Shown here piece by piece: positions 36,653 to 47,123 of a stretch of DNA of 64,000 nucleotides. A program made the position numbers and the translations under genes. Source of the stretch: an uncultured Lactobacillales bacterium (GTDB taxonomy: Bacteria; Pseudomonadota; Alphaproteobacteria; CAYJES01); NCBI GenBank assembly GCA_964369365.1, contig CAYJES010000007.1:799-64798 (forward strand), in the 5' to 3' direction. The notes under the pieces were generated by a model. It saw only the letters and a list, made by a program, of their open reading frames with translations, was not told the origin of the DNA and did not search any database. Position 1 is the stretch's first letter. Each line of letters starts with the position of its first letter.

Positions 36653-39600
36653 ATGAAAACACTAAAAAATATTATATCAGGACTTGGGGAAAAAGGCACG
36701 ATATGTGAAGTCGTTCTTGGGTTTTCTCCTTTTGTTGTTGCTGAAATAGCTAAAAATAAAGGAAAATCTTTATTTATTACTGCTGATGAAAAAAATCAAA
36801 AACAAGCGGTTGCGATGTTTAATCATTTTTATCCTGAACTTTCGATTATGGAATTTAATGCATGGGATACCGTTCCTTATGATAGAGCTTCTCCTAAATC
36901 TGAAATTATGGCAAACAGAATAAAAGTTATGCTAGAAGGCGGTAATGCTGATATTATTGTGGCTAGTGTTGGTGCCGTCCTTACCAAAATGCCACCGAAA
37001 TCTGAATTTTTAAAACGGTCGCTGGTGGTTTCTAAAAAAACAAATACAACTATTTCTGAATTAATTTCTTTTTTTAATGATAATGGTTATAACCAAGTCG
37101 AACAAGTGTTGGAAAAAGGCGAATATGCTTTAAGAGGCGGGATATTAGATGTTTATATTTCATCATACGAATTCCCAGTGAGGATAGATTTTTTCGGAGA
37201 TGATATCGAAACAATTAAAATATTTGATCCTTTTACTCAAAAAAGCATTAAAGAAATTGAAGAATTTTCTATCTTGCCTAGTTCAGAGATTATTTTAAAT
37301 AAAGAAACAATAGAATTATTTCGCCATAATTATCGTGATTTGTTTGGTGCAGTTATAAAATCAGATACGTTATATGAAAGTATTTCAAATGGGGTAAGAT
37401 ATAACGGAATGGAACATTGGTTGCCATTGTTTTATGGCGAACTTGGGACTGTGTTTGATTATTTTCCTAACCATACCATTATTTGCGATAATGAAATTAA
37501 TAATTACCGCAAAAACTTTATAGACCAGGTTTCAGAATATTATAATGCAAGGCAAATTAGTGTAGAAAAAGCATTTGATAACGATATTTATAATCCTGTG
37601 CCAATCGAATCGTTATATGTATCAGAAGATGCATGGTTTAAATTAACAGAATCCAAAAAAGTATATGATTTTTATGCGTATAAAATACCTAATGATGATG
37701 TAGCTTTCGTATCAGGTATTGTTGGTGAGCGTTTTAACAACAAAGAAGTGGATAGTTATGACAGGTTGAAAAATTATATATCAGCGAAAACGAATCCTGT
37801 TGTTTGTTTTACATCTAGCGGCGCAATGGATAGAGGTATAAAGATTTTATCCGAAAAAGGAATAAAAGTTAAATCGATTGTTATGCCTATTAATAATGGA
37901 TTTTCTTCACCTGATATTACTTTGATAAGTGAAGAAGATATTTTTGGCGAAAAGCTGGTTAAATCGGCACCTAAGAAATTAAAAGAAAATTTCATCGCTG
38001 ATATTTCAATGATTAATATAGGCGATTTGGTGGTTCACATCGATCATGGTATAGGGCGTTATGATGGGCTTTTAGCGATAGAGGCTGGTGGGACAGTTAA
38101 TGATTGTTTGAAAATTATTTACGATGGTGGCGATAAATTATTTGTTCCAGTTGAAAATATCGATGTATTAAGTAGGTATGGAAATAAAGAAGAAAACGTA
38201 GCTTTAAACAAGCTAGGTGGGTCAAGTTGGCAAGCTAAAAAGGCTAAATTAAAACAACGAATCCGAGAAATAGCAGCCGAGCTTATGAAAATTGCAGCAT
38301 TAAGGCATTTAAAAAAAGCGCCAATTGTAAATGTTAATGAAGGTTTATATGATGAATTTTGCGCTAGGTTCCCATATATAGAAACAAATGACCAGCTAAA
38401 TGCGATAAAAGATGTTACAAGCGATTTATTAAAAGGCGAGCCAATGGACAGATTGGTTTGTGGCGATGTTGGTTTCGGTAAAACAGAGGTCGCACTACGC
38501 GCTGCGTTCATGGCAATTGCAGCAGGGGTGCAGGTGGCAATTGTCGTGCCTACTACTTTGCTTGCGCGCCAACATTATGAATTGTTTTTAAAAAGGTTCG
38601 AAGGTTTTGGTTTTGAAATAGCAGGTCTTTCTAGGCTAGTTACAAAAAAGAATGCAGATGATATTAAAAAAAGATTGGCAAGTGGCGAAGTTAAATTAGT
38701 AGTGGGAACGCATGCTTTGCTTTCTAAGGATATTAATTTCGCAAATCTAGGGCTTATTATTATTGATGAAGAGCAACATTTTGGTGTAGCTCATAAAGAA
38801 AAATTAAAAACATTAAAAGATAATGTCCATGTTCTTACGTTAACCGCGACACCTATTCCTAGAACGTTGCAAATGTCATTGACTGGGATTAGGGATTTAA
38901 GTCTTATCACCACTCCTCCGATTGATAGGCTTGCTACAAAAACTTTTGTAAGTCCTTATGATTCTGTTATTGCAAGGGAAGCACTTATTCGCGAAAAAAA
39001 TAGAGGAGGGCAAAGTTTTTTTGTTTGTCCTAAAATTTCAGATATTAAAACGGTAAAAGAAAAACTAGATAAACTTGTCCCTGAATTAAAGGTTGTCATA
39101 GCTCACGGACAAATGCCAGCAAGCACATTAGAACAAATAATGCAAGATTTCTTAGATAGGAAGTTTGATGTGTTGTTATCAACTACTATTATCGAATCGG
39201 GTCTTGATATTCCTTTTGTAAATACGATTATTATTTATAGGGCTGATATGTTTGGGCTTTCACAACTTTATCAATTACGCGGAAGAGTGGGCAGGTCTAA
39301 GCAACTTGGTTATGCTTATTTGATGATTCCTCCTAATCGAATTTTATCTGATAATTCGCAAAAAAGACTGGCAGTAATGCAAAGTTTGGATAGTTTAGGC
39401 AGTGGATTTATGATTGCGTCGCATGATATGGATATAAGAGGCGCTGGAAACTTGCTAGGCGATGAACAATCTGGTCATATTAAAGAGGTAGGGGTGGAAC
39501 TTTACCAATCAATGTTAGAAGAGGCAATCGCAGCAATAAAATCTGGGGTAAGTGAAGAAGAAATTACTGAAAAATTCAGCCCACAAATTTCTTTGGGATT

Positions 39601-40015
39601 ATCTGTGTTCATTCCTGAAACTTATGTAAAAGATTTAAATTTGCGCTTGTCCTTATATCAGCGAATCGCAAACAGCGAAATGGAAGAACTAGATGAATTA
39701 AAATCAGAATTTATCGATAGGTTTGGTGATATCCCAGAAGAAGTGCAAAACTTGTTTAATGTGGTGGAAATAAAATCGTTATGCAGAAAAGTTAATGTAG
39801 ATAGGGTAGAGGCTGGAAAGGGCGGTGTAACAATAGGATTTTATAAAAATAACTTTAAAAATCCTGAAAAGTTGATAGAATTTATATCAAGACAGCTTGG
39901 AACGGCTAAAATTCGCCCTGATGAAAAAATAGTATTTATCAGAAATTTTGATAATATTGACATTAGAGTATCTGGGGTTAAAAAGATTATTCAACAACTT
40001 GTAGAGTTATTATAA
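36653..40015 (+). CDS. mfd: Transcription-repair coupling factor
   Basis: 1120 aa. UvrB-homology N-terminus, RNAP-interaction domain, SF2 translocase (GDVGFGKTEVA, DEEQHFG), TRG motif. Confidence 0.95.
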   Translation: MKTLKNIISGLGEKGTICEVVLGFSPFVVAEIAKNKGKSLFITADEKNQKQAVAMFNHFYPELSIMEFNAWDTVPYDRASPKSEIMANRIKVMLEGGNADIIVASVGAVLTKMPPKSEFLKRSLVVSKKTNTTISELISFFNDNGYNQVEQVLEKGEYALRGGILDVYISSYEFPVRIDFFGDDIETIKIFDPFTQKSIKEIEEFSILPSSEIILNKETIELFRHNYRDLFGAVIKSDTLYESISNGVRYNGMEHWLPLFYGELGTVFDYFPNHTIICDNEINNYRKNFIDQVSEYYNARQISVEKAFDNDIYNPVPIESLYVSEDAWFKLTESKKVYDFYAYKIPNDDVAFVSGIVGERFNNKEVDSYDRLKNYISAKTNPVVCFTSSGAMDRGIKILSEKGIKVKSIVMPINNGFSSPDITLISEEDIFGEKLVKSAPKKLKENFIADISMINIGDLVVHIDHGIGRYDGLLAIEAGGTVNDCLKIIYDGGDKLFVPVENIDVLSRYGNKEENVALNKLGGSSWQAKKAKLKQRIREIAAELMKIAALRHLKKAPIVNVNEGLYDEFCARFPYIETNDQLNAIKDVTSDLLKGEPMDRLVCGDVGFGKTEVALRAAFMAIAAGVQVAIVVPTTLLARQHYELFLKRFEGFGFEIAGLSRLVTKKNADDIKKRLASGEVKLVVGTHALLSKDINFANLGLIIIDEEQHFGVAHKEKLKTLKDNVHVLTLTATPIPRTLQMSLTGIRDLSLITTPPIDRLATKTFVSPYDSVIAREALIREKNRGGQSFFVCPKISDIKTVKEKLDKLVPELKVVIAHGQMPASTLEQIMQDFLDRKFDVLLSTTIIESGLDIPFVNTIIIYRADMFGLSQLYQLRGRVGRSKQLGYAYLMIPPNRILSDNSQKRLAVMQSLDSLGSGFMIASHDMDIRGAGNLLGDEQSGHIKEVGVELYQSMLEEAIAAIKSGVSEEEITEKFSPQISLGLSVFIPETYVKDLNLRLSLYQRIANSEMEELDELKSEFIDRFGDIPEEVQNLFNVVEIKSLCRKVNVDRVEAGKGGVTIGFYKNNFKNPEKLIEFISRQLGTAKIRPDEKIVFIRNFDNIDIRVSGVKKIIQQLVELL

Positions 40016-40016
40016 A

Positions 40017-40787
40017 ATGGAAAAAAATAGGTTTGTAGATTTATTTAAAAACTATGCCAATAAAGGCAAATCAGACGATACTTCTGTAAAGCCTGGATTT
40101 TCATCTATTACAAATAAAAAAAGTGATGAAGAGCTTGCACATGCGATTTCGATGCGAGTTGGTATTTCTTACATTACAGAAGATAAATCAATTGTTGAAA
40201 AAATAATTGTTATAAGGCGAATCCTTAATCAAGGTAATGATTTAATTTTAAATGCTCTTGATGAACAAGAAGGTCAACCTAGGATGTTTTATGCGTCTCG
40301 TATCAAGAGAATTACAGATATTACAACTGGTGAACATTATGGTAATGCAAAAGATTTTATTATGACTCATGCTGCAGTTGGGGATATGCACCGTACATCA
40401 GACATCAGTGATAATTTCAACCGCGTTATAAACAGGGTCAGGAGCGAAGTTACGGCCTTAGTATTTCTTGCCAGTGTTGATGGGCATTACATGGACAGCC
40501 AGAAACGTATGATAGTTGATTATATAGCGTTAAGAAATAATGATGTTCATCACAGCCAAAATGAAATTATGCGTTATATAGAACGGTTGCATCCTGATTT
40601 AGAAAGTTTTTATGATGCAATTGATGATATTTCAAATCAAAACCCAGCAGTAATACAAATTTTTATGGAACGATTTGTTCAACTTGTATTTGCTGATGGG
40701 TTTGTTAATGACAAAGAAAGAATGGCTCTGGCCGAACTTGTCCAAACTTTCAAAGAAGATGGAATTGATTTAAAAATATCCGTATAG
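40017..40787 (+). CDS. Hypothetical protein with a possible TerB-like (tellurite-resistance / DjlA N-terminal-like) C-terminal domain
   Basis: The ATG lies 2 nt after the mfd stop. The C-terminal half (ALVFLASVDGHYMDSQKRMIVDYI...FVQLVFADGFVNDKERMALAELV) resembles the TerB helical repeat. Confidence 0.35.
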   Translation: MEKNRFVDLFKNYANKGKSDDTSVKPGFSSITNKKSDEELAHAISMRVGISYITEDKSIVEKIIVIRRILNQGNDLILNALDEQEGQPRMFYASRIKRITDITTGEHYGNAKDFIMTHAAVGDMHRTSDISDNFNRVINRVRSEVTALVFLASVDGHYMDSQKRMIVDYIALRNNDVHHSQNEIMRYIERLHPDLESFYDAIDDISNQNPAVIQIFMERFVQLVFADGFVNDKERMALAELVQTFKEDGIDLKISV

Positions 40788-40789
40788 AA

Positions 40790-41299
40790 TTATTCAGAAA
40801 TTTTAAGTTCTCTTGCTCTGGTCAAAATCGCATTTTCAATTTTTGTTGCAATTTCATTATTAGCAGTTGTTTTGCCCCATTTTCCAGAAGAACCCTTTAT
40901 TTCTTTAAATGCAGATACTTTTATCCCATTAGCTTTTAATGCAGAAGACAAGATAGTAATATTTAATTTGTATCGTTCTTTTGAATTTCCATTAGGAGTG
41001 TACCAGTCTGTAAGAATAACTCCACCAAATGGATCAGCTGATTCTAAAGGCATAAATGAAATAGTATCAAGACTTGCGCGCCATAAATAGCTGTTTATTT
41101 TAAGTCCTGATTCATTTTCTTTTTCACCAACATTACCAAAAGAAATTCCTTCTGGACCAAAAAGACCTTCTGGTTTTTCACTTGGTTTGCCGTATTGTCC
41201 AGGTCTGATTTCTTCTGGGTACTCTGCTTTACCTTCCCATTTAGAACAAGCCGAAACACTAACAAGTGCAAAAAATAATAAGGCGATATTCTTTTTCAT
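40790..41299 (-). CDS. DUF3576-like lipoprotein
   Basis: Lipoprotein signal (LVSVSAC). YLWRASLDTISFMPLESADPFGGVILTDWY region, typical of alphaproteobacterial DUF3576. Confidence 0.45.
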   Translation of the reverse strand: MKKNIALLFFALVSVSACSKWEGKAEYPEEIRPGQYGKPSEKPEGLFGPEGISFGNVGEKENESGLKINSYLWRASLDTISFMPLESADPFGGVILTDWYTPNGNSKERYKLNITILSSALKANGIKVSAFKEIKGSSGKWGKTTANNEIATKIENAILTRARELKISE

Positions 41300-41400
41300 T
41301 ATAGACTCCTTAACAAAATAGTTTTATATTTTGCGATAATACGCCGAAATTGATGAAAATAAAAGTTAAAAATTGAAATATTGCAAATTAAATATAAAAA

Positions 41401-41877
41401 ATGACAAGAATAGATGAAAGATACGCTTTCTTAGCAAGCGAAGAAAAACATAAACAAATTTCTTTATGGTTTGATAAGGCTATTAAAACTCGCCCTAATA
41501 TAGAAAAAATTGATATAGATAGGTTAATTAAAATATATGGATATGATATTTTAACTTTTGCATTATTAGGCGACAGCCCGCTTAAAAACCCATTAGCAGA
41601 TAATTTTGATGGGGCATTAGATGGTGCGTGGCGGACTATTAATAAAATTTGGGCGTTTAGATTGTTTGTAAAAAATTATAAAAATGTAAAAAAAGTTGAA
41701 ATAGAAAATAATAAGCCTATTCATAAAATAATAGCAGAAATTCACAGTATAAATATAAAACTTTACAATGAATTTGATGAAGAAAAGTATTTTTATATGA
41801 TTTCTTTGATATCTGAAATAACTCCTAATTTTGCGTTGGAGCTAAATGATTTTTTAAAAGCTAATATCTTGTCATAA
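41401..41877 (+). CDS. Hypothetical protein
   Basis: 158-aa ORF with no recognisable motif. Confidence 0.3.
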   Translation: MTRIDERYAFLASEEKHKQISLWFDKAIKTRPNIEKIDIDRLIKIYGYDILTFALLGDSPLKNPLADNFDGALDGAWRTINKIWAFRLFVKNYKNVKKVEIENNKPIHKIIAEIHSINIKLYNEFDEEKYFYMISLISEITPNFALELNDFLKANILS

Positions 41878-42586
41878 ATTCGAAATATGGTTCAAGAAAA
41901 TCAATATTTTTTAAATAAATAGCAATAATAGAAGCGGTTATAATTGCTGGGCCATAAGGGCCAGTTCTGTTTTTTCTGATGATTGCTCCTATTGTGAAAA
42001 ATACAAAAGAAATTAAAATTGCAAGTCCTAGATATTGAAGACCTAGCCAAGCGCCAAGTCCTGCAAGAATTTTAATATCTCCTCCACCAATAGTGTCTTT
42101 TTTGAAAAATGAAACAAGGCAAGATGAAATAACAGGAATAAAATATCCAAACAAAGCACCAATTGCACTTTGTTCAGGGGGTATCATGTCTGAGAAGCAA
42201 GCAAAAGCGAATCCAAATAATAAAAGAGGAACTGTTAAAACATCAGGTAGTAACATAACTCTTTTATCTATTTCACCCAAAACCAATAACATCCAAACAA
42301 AAGATGTCATCCAAAAATAATTTTCAGTAAAGTTGTCGGTTAAAAAATAAAGAGAGCAAACGGATACCGCCCCATAAAATAAGGATAAAGCAATGTATTT
42401 GAAATATAGAGATAACCATTTTTTGCTGTGTTTTGAATTTTGATAGATTTTAGTTTTGCGCGGACAAAGTAGGTATGCAAGAGCAGTTCCTGCATCTTCT
42501 GGGAAAATTTTAATAAGTCTGCGCGCGGCTAAGGGTACTATAAACCCAATAAAAAAACTCGTAATCATAATAAAATAATATATCAA
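41861..42586 (-). CDS. A24 family prepilin peptidase
   Basis: Polytopic membrane protein. GGGDIKILAGLGAWLG motif and a conserved Asp region (LGEIDKRVMLLPD). Confidence 0.65.
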   Translation of the reverse strand: MIYYFIMITSFFIGFIVPLAARRLIKIFPEDAGTALAYLLCPRKTKIYQNSKHSKKWLSLYFKYIALSLFYGAVSVCSLYFLTDNFTENYFWMTSFVWMLLVLGEIDKRVMLLPDVLTVPLLLFGFAFACFSDMIPPEQSAIGALFGYFIPVISSCLVSFFKKDTIGGGDIKILAGLGAWLGLQYLGLAILISFVFFTIGAIIRKNRTGPYGPAIITASIIAIYLKNIDFLEPYFEFMTRY

Positions 42587-42611
42587 TCCTTAATAAATAA
42601 CAATAATTTTA

Positions 42612-42983
42612 TTATTTATTGCGTTTAAGGGTGATGATAAGGGCGCCTTCGCCACCTTGGTTTGACGGGGCTTGTTTAATTTGGGATACAAAAGGTTCGA
42701 AAGTTTTTTCCATAAGCCATCTTTTGACTTTTGCCTTAAAGCTTTGAGGGTTTGGGCTGTTGCCTGTTATGATTAATACCATTCTGCTGTCCTGAGCAAA
42801 ATTTTTAGCAAGAAAAGTTTTTATAACGTGATATCCTTCATCCAAAGTAAAACCGTGTAAATCCAGTATGGTTGGGTAGCTTTCATCATGAAGTTGCGGA
42901 GGACGTTTAGGACATTTTTCGCTAAGAGTTGCAATGTATTCTTGCCATAAATCCATATCGTTTGGAATAGGGTAGTTCGTCAT
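42612..42983 (-). CDS. Smr domain protein
   Basis: LDLHGFTLDEGYHVIKTFL...LIITGNS Smr signature. Confidence 0.7.
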   Translation of the reverse strand: MTNYPIPNDMDLWQEYIATLSEKCPKRPPQLHDESYPTILDLHGFTLDEGYHVIKTFLAKNFAQDSRMVLIITGNSPNPQSFKAKVKRWLMEKTFEPFVSQIKQAPSNQGGEGALIITLKRNK

Positions 42984-43603
42984 CGTAAATCCAAATCATC
43001 AAAATTAAATTCATCAAGATTTTCTTCGCCTTCTTCTAGCATTTCTTCATCAAATTCTTCTGGAATTGGTTCTGGTTTTGGAAGTTGAGGTAACAAAGGC
43101 GCAGGAGTCAATGCAGATATTGTCATTAAATCTGAAAAATGAAGCGAGGCAAATGATTTCCAATCTCCTTTAGGTGACTTGCATCCAATGTTTGTAGATT
43201 TTACAAGTTTTAGTGTGATTTCTCCAAAATGCCAAAGGTATTGGAAATTGTAATAATTACGCATCATTAAAGTGTAAACCCTTTGTAGTAACATTTTTTC
43301 AGCCCATGGTTTGAAAAAACATAAATAAGAAAATACAGACATTAATATAGCAATCAATCCAAAAATGATGTTGCTAGCGATCAAAATAGTCAAACTTAGC
43401 ACTATCATAACAAGTAGAGGGATAAAATTTTCCATCACATTATAAACAGGGGAATATTTTTTGTTGAAACTTGCGATGTTGATGTTCATGCTACATCTGC
43501 CGTTTTCTATTGCTTTTTTAATTGCACGGTATTGCAATTTTTCAGCCTTGTTCGGTGGTGGAATTTTTACATCATTAACACGGTTAAGGATTTGTAATAA
43601 CAT
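42980..43603 (-). CDS. Membrane protein with an acidic C-terminal tail (hypothetical)
   Basis: Two TM helices. C-terminal EEFDEEMLEEGEENLDEFNFDDLDL. It lies between mltA and smr and is co-oriented with them. Confidence 0.35.
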   Translation of the reverse strand: MLLQILNRVNDVKIPPPNKAEKLQYRAIKKAIENGRCSMNINIASFNKKYSPVYNVMENFIPLLVMIVLSLTILIASNIIFGLIAILMSVFSYLCFFKPWAEKMLLQRVYTLMMRNYYNFQYLWHFGEITLKLVKSTNIGCKSPKGDWKSFASLHFSDLMTISALTPAPLLPQLPKPEPIPEEFDEEMLEEGEENLDEFNFDDLDLR

Positions 43604-44842
43604 TTACTTATCCTCTTTATTTTTTTCAAGCTTTCCTGAGGTGAAATGGTTTTCTTTTGGTAATAAAACGTAATATTCGCCTTTTCTTTTCATTCTTCCT
43701 GCTTGATTAAAAGCTTCGTCACCTTCGCCCCAGAAAAAATCGCCTCTTACCGCACCATTTATTGCCCCACCTGTGTCTTGGGCTATCATTAATCGTTGTA
43801 ATGGTTTTTTATCCGAATCCATTGTGTCAAGCCAAATAGGAACACCATAAGAAATAAATTTTGTATCAATTGCAAGTGAACGTCGTGGAGTTAAAGGCAC
43901 GCCTTGACCGCCCACAGGTTCGGTGGTAAGTTCGTGAAAGAATATATACCTTGGGTTTTTCCACATCAACTCTTTTGCTTTTTTAGGGTTTTCTTTTAGC
44001 CATTTTTTTATAGAAGGCATAGAATAATCGCCACTTTTAATAAGCTTTTCTTTTATCATCAAGCTTCCAATTCCTACAAACTTATGGCCGTTAAATCCAG
44101 CGAATCCTATTGTTTTTTTAACTCCGTCAGGGAATATTACTTTGCCAGATCCTTGAATGTGAAGAATAAAGCTGTCTACTGCGTCATCGATCCAGACCAA
44201 AACGTCTGCGTTCATATCATTACTGTCGATTGCTTTTCGAGCGTGGTATGGTTCAAGTTTGTTGTTCTTTACAAGTCCTATGATTTTACAATTTTTGCAG
44301 TTAGGATAAAATTTAGCAACATCTACTTCTACAATATCTTTTGGTTTTGCATAAATAGGCACGTCATATTTTTTAGTTTTTACTCTAGAACCCTTTAAAA
44401 GTGGGATGTAATAACCTGTGAAAAGACCTTTTGCCTCGCCATTAAAGGTTACTTTATAAGGAAGGAAATTATTTCTGATAAACCTTCTGAACGCTGGGTT
44501 AGTTGAATAATCGATGTTGTTTAATTCATCGCATACTTTTACCCATTGTTCGTTATCGGCATAGTATGATAAGTTTCGGCGTTTTACGACTGAGCATGAT
44601 TTTAACATTGCTTCTTTTGCATTTATCACATTGTCGTCTTTAAAGCCTGGAAGTTCGTCAAAGCTGGCTGGGATAAGGTGAAATCCTTGTTTTTTTTCCT
44701 CGACAATGACTTCTTCTTTATGAAGTAGGACAGAAAGTACAAAAATTATCATTATAACTAATGATAATCCAGCGAAGCTCCATCTTTTTTTAATTCTAAA
44801 AGATGGAAGTTGTTTGTTTTTGTTTTTCTTTTTCTTAGCCAC
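43604..44842 (-). CDS. mltA: Membrane-bound lytic murein transglycosylase A
   Basis: 412 aa. MltA plus 3D-domain architecture. Conserved position after the Tim44-like gene. Confidence 0.8.
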   Translation of the reverse strand: MAKKKKNKNKQLPSFRIKKRWSFAGLSLVIMIIFVLSVLLHKEEVIVEEKKQGFHLIPASFDELPGFKDDNVINAKEAMLKSCSVVKRRNLSYYADNEQWVKVCDELNNIDYSTNPAFRRFIRNNFLPYKVTFNGEAKGLFTGYYIPLLKGSRVKTKKYDVPIYAKPKDIVEVDVAKFYPNCKNCKIIGLVKNNKLEPYHARKAIDSNDMNADVLVWIDDAVDSFILHIQGSGKVIFPDGVKKTIGFAGFNGHKFVGIGSLMIKEKLIKSGDYSMPSIKKWLKENPKKAKELMWKNPRYIFFHELTTEPVGGQGVPLTPRRSLAIDTKFISYGVPIWLDTMDSDKKPLQRLMIAQDTGGAINGAVRGDFFWGEGDEAFNQAGRMKRKGEYYVLLPKENHFTSGKLEKNKEDK

Positions 44843-45518
44843 TTTTTGCCGCTACCATTATCCAATTAGGGTTTGATGATTCAATGTTCCTTACAAAAGT
44901 CCATAAATCGTTAACTTTATTAATAAAGGAATCGCTGCCACTTATAACGTTTCCGTCTTTGTCTTTTAAAACATTTACTTGTTCGGTTGCAAAATTCACT
45001 TGAACTTTTGCAAAGTTGTTTTCAATGCTTGCATCTTTTATTTCTGAATCAACGAACCTGATTATTTCAAATTCAAAAGTTTGTTCTTGTTTATTCCTTT
45101 CGTCAACAATGCTTTCATAGCTATGATAAACATTATCGCTGACCAATTCTTTCATTTCTTTTACTTCGCCTTTTGCAAATGCAGAAGTGATTATTTCAAA
45201 CGCAGATTTTGCTCCTTGTAAAAATGACGCAGGTTCAAAGTCTGGGAAAGCTTTTTTAAATGCAGATAATTTGTCATTTAAAGAAGAATCAGATTTAATT
45301 TTTTCCTCTATTTCCATTGCGAATTTTTCTGCTGCTATTTCTGGAGCTGATTTTGGCTCTGGAATTATAATTTCTGCGTTTTTTATTTCTGGATTGTTAG
45401 GCGCGGGAGGTTTTATATCATTGTCTGGGCGCGTGCCAAGGACACTGTGTAATCTATATATAATTACCCCAGCAATAATTGCTAAAAATATTAATTCATA
45501 AATATTTGTACTTTCCAT
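44835..45518 (-). CDS. Tim44-like domain protein
   Basis: N-terminal TM segment plus a C-terminal Tim44-like domain. Conserved alphaproteobacterial secB-divergent neighbour. Confidence 0.7.
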   Translation of the reverse strand: MESTNIYELIFLAIIAGVIIYRLHSVLGTRPDNDIKPPAPNNPEIKNAEIIIPEPKSAPEIAAEKFAMEIEEKIKSDSSLNDKLSAFKKAFPDFEPASFLQGAKSAFEIITSAFAKGEVKEMKELVSDNVYHSYESIVDERNKQEQTFEFEIIRFVDSEIKDASIENNFAKVQVNFATEQVNVLKDKDGNVISGSDSFINKVNDLWTFVRNIESSNPNWIMVAAKSG

Positions 45519-45610
45519 TATCTTTCTCTTGATTCTGATTAACTTTACATCTATATATAATGCTAATATTAAATTTATGCAACCTTATATTATTGTTTAG
45601 GAGATATATA

Positions 45611-46111
45611 ATGACTGAAAATAAAAACGAAACAGCTGGTAATGAACAAAAAGCTATGCCTCCACTTGTGATAACATCGCAATTCATTAAAGATCTTTCT
45701 TTTGAAGCACCTGAATTGCCGGGAGCTTTGGTCGGACTTAAAGAAGCTCCATCACTTGATATCGGCGTGGATATTAAAGCAAATCAAATTAAAGGCAATG
45801 CTTTTGAAGTAGTTCTTAAAATTAAAGCAGAAGCAAAAAGCTCTGAGCCTAAAACTTTATTTGTATGCGAACTTGCGTATGGCGCTGTTGCTCATATTAA
45901 CGTGCCACAAGAACATGTAGAAGGAATTTTAATGGTAGAAGTGCCAAGATTGATTTTCCCATTTGCAAGACAAATTATTGCTGAATTATCGCAAAATACT
46001 GGTCTTCCTCCTGTTGTGCTTACACCTATTGATTTTTTGACGCTATACCGTGCAAAAATGGAACATGCAGCAGCGGCAACAGAAGAAAAATCAAATTCGA
46101 CTTTAAATTAA
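45611..46111 (+). CDS. secB: Protein-export chaperone SecB
   Basis: LVITSQFIKDLSFEAPELP SecB signature. Start moved to the ATG at 45611 (MTENKN), which has an aggag RBS. The ORF-track start at 45560 has no RBS. Confidence 0.8.
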   Translation: MTENKNETAGNEQKAMPPLVITSQFIKDLSFEAPELPGALVGLKEAPSLDIGVDIKANQIKGNAFEVVLKIKAEAKSSEPKTLFVCELAYGAVAHINVPQEHVEGILMVEVPRLIFPFARQIIAELSQNTGLPPVVLTPIDFLTLYRAKMEHAAAATEEKSNSTLN

Positions 46112-46121
46112 GAAATATTTT

Positions 46122-46775
46122 ATGAAAAAACTTATCATATTTGATTGCGATGGCGTGTTGTTAGACAGCGAATGGTTAGCTTGTTCCATTTCCGCTAAAT
46201 ATATTACAGAGATTGGTTATAATATTTCAACAGACGAATATCTTGACGCTTATATGGGAAAAACATCAACCTTTATCTTAAAAGATTTAGAAGATAAAGG
46301 GGTTGATATGGAAAAGTACGCCAAAAAACCATTCAAACTTGATAATCCAGAATTTGTAAATAATCTTAAAGCAATTTATTATTCAAAAGAATTGTTAGAG
46401 AATTTGAAATGTGAATATTGTATCGGCTCTAGTAGCTCTATGTTAAGACTTCGTACTACGTTAGAGATGACCGGATTGCTTTCATATTTTGAAGGAAAAA
46501 TTTTTAGTGCTGAGACGGTTGGAAAATCTAAGCCTGCTCCTGATGTATTTTTATATGCTGCAGAAAAAATGGGGTATCAACCAAAAGATTGCATTGTGAT
46601 AGAAGACAGTATTTATGGGGTGCAAGCTGCTAAATCTGCTAAAATGGATGTTTATGGATTTACTGGTGCCACTCATATGAATGATAATCGTTCACAAAAA
46701 TTAATAGATGAAGGTGTTATTCGTAATTTTTCAACTATGCAAGAATTAGAGAATTTTATTTCTCAATTATCCTAG
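46122..46775 (+). CDS. HAD-IA family hydrolase (beta-phosphoglucomutase-like)
   Basis: IIFDCDGVLLDSE motif I. Later S/T and K...EDS motifs. Confidence 0.75.
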   Translation: MKKLIIFDCDGVLLDSEWLACSISAKYITEIGYNISTDEYLDAYMGKTSTFILKDLEDKGVDMEKYAKKPFKLDNPEFVNNLKAIYYSKELLENLKCEYCIGSSSSMLRLRTTLEMTGLLSYFEGKIFSAETVGKSKPAPDVFLYAAEKMGYQPKDCIVIEDSIYGVQAAKSAKMDVYGFTGATHMNDNRSQKLIDEGVIRNFSTMQELENFISQLS

Positions 46776-46842
46776 TTTGTTTGGGGGTAAAATTGTGGAT
46801 AAGTTATGAATAACTATTTTCACTTTATAAAAAATAAAAAAA

Positions 46843-46880
46843 GACTTCGAATCTATAAACGAATCGAAGTCTTTTTTTTA
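46843..46880. terminator. Bidirectional intrinsic terminator
   Basis: gacttcgaatc-tataaac-gaatcgaagtc, flanked by an A-run and a T-run. Confidence 0.6.
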
Positions 46881-46891
46881 ATGCTTTTTTA

Positions 46892-47113
46892 CTAGTTTAA
46901 AGAAACAGTCATAAAGTTGTTTTGCCTAGCGATTTCTTTAGCAATATCACGTTCAGCAGCATAACCTATAGCTTCACCGTGTGAAGAATGTATAGTCCAC
47001 ACAGGAAGGCTGTCCTTTGTTGATTTTTTAAGGTATGCAACCCTTTCTGTCTCAAACAAATAAAGACTGTTGCTTAATCTTAAATCTTCTTCTTTTATGA
47101 CTTTTACTGACAT
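46892..47113 (-). CDS. Small protein, DUF1150-like, co-operonic with hsp20
   Basis: 73 aa. In alphaproteobacteria a DUF1150 gene typically follows the small-HSP gene in this arrangement. Confidence 0.4.
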   Translation of the reverse strand: MSVKVIKEEDLRLSNSLYLFETERVAYLKKSTKDSLPVWTIHSSHGEAIGYAAERDIAKEIARQNNFMTVSLN

Positions 47114-47123
47114 TTTAAATCCT

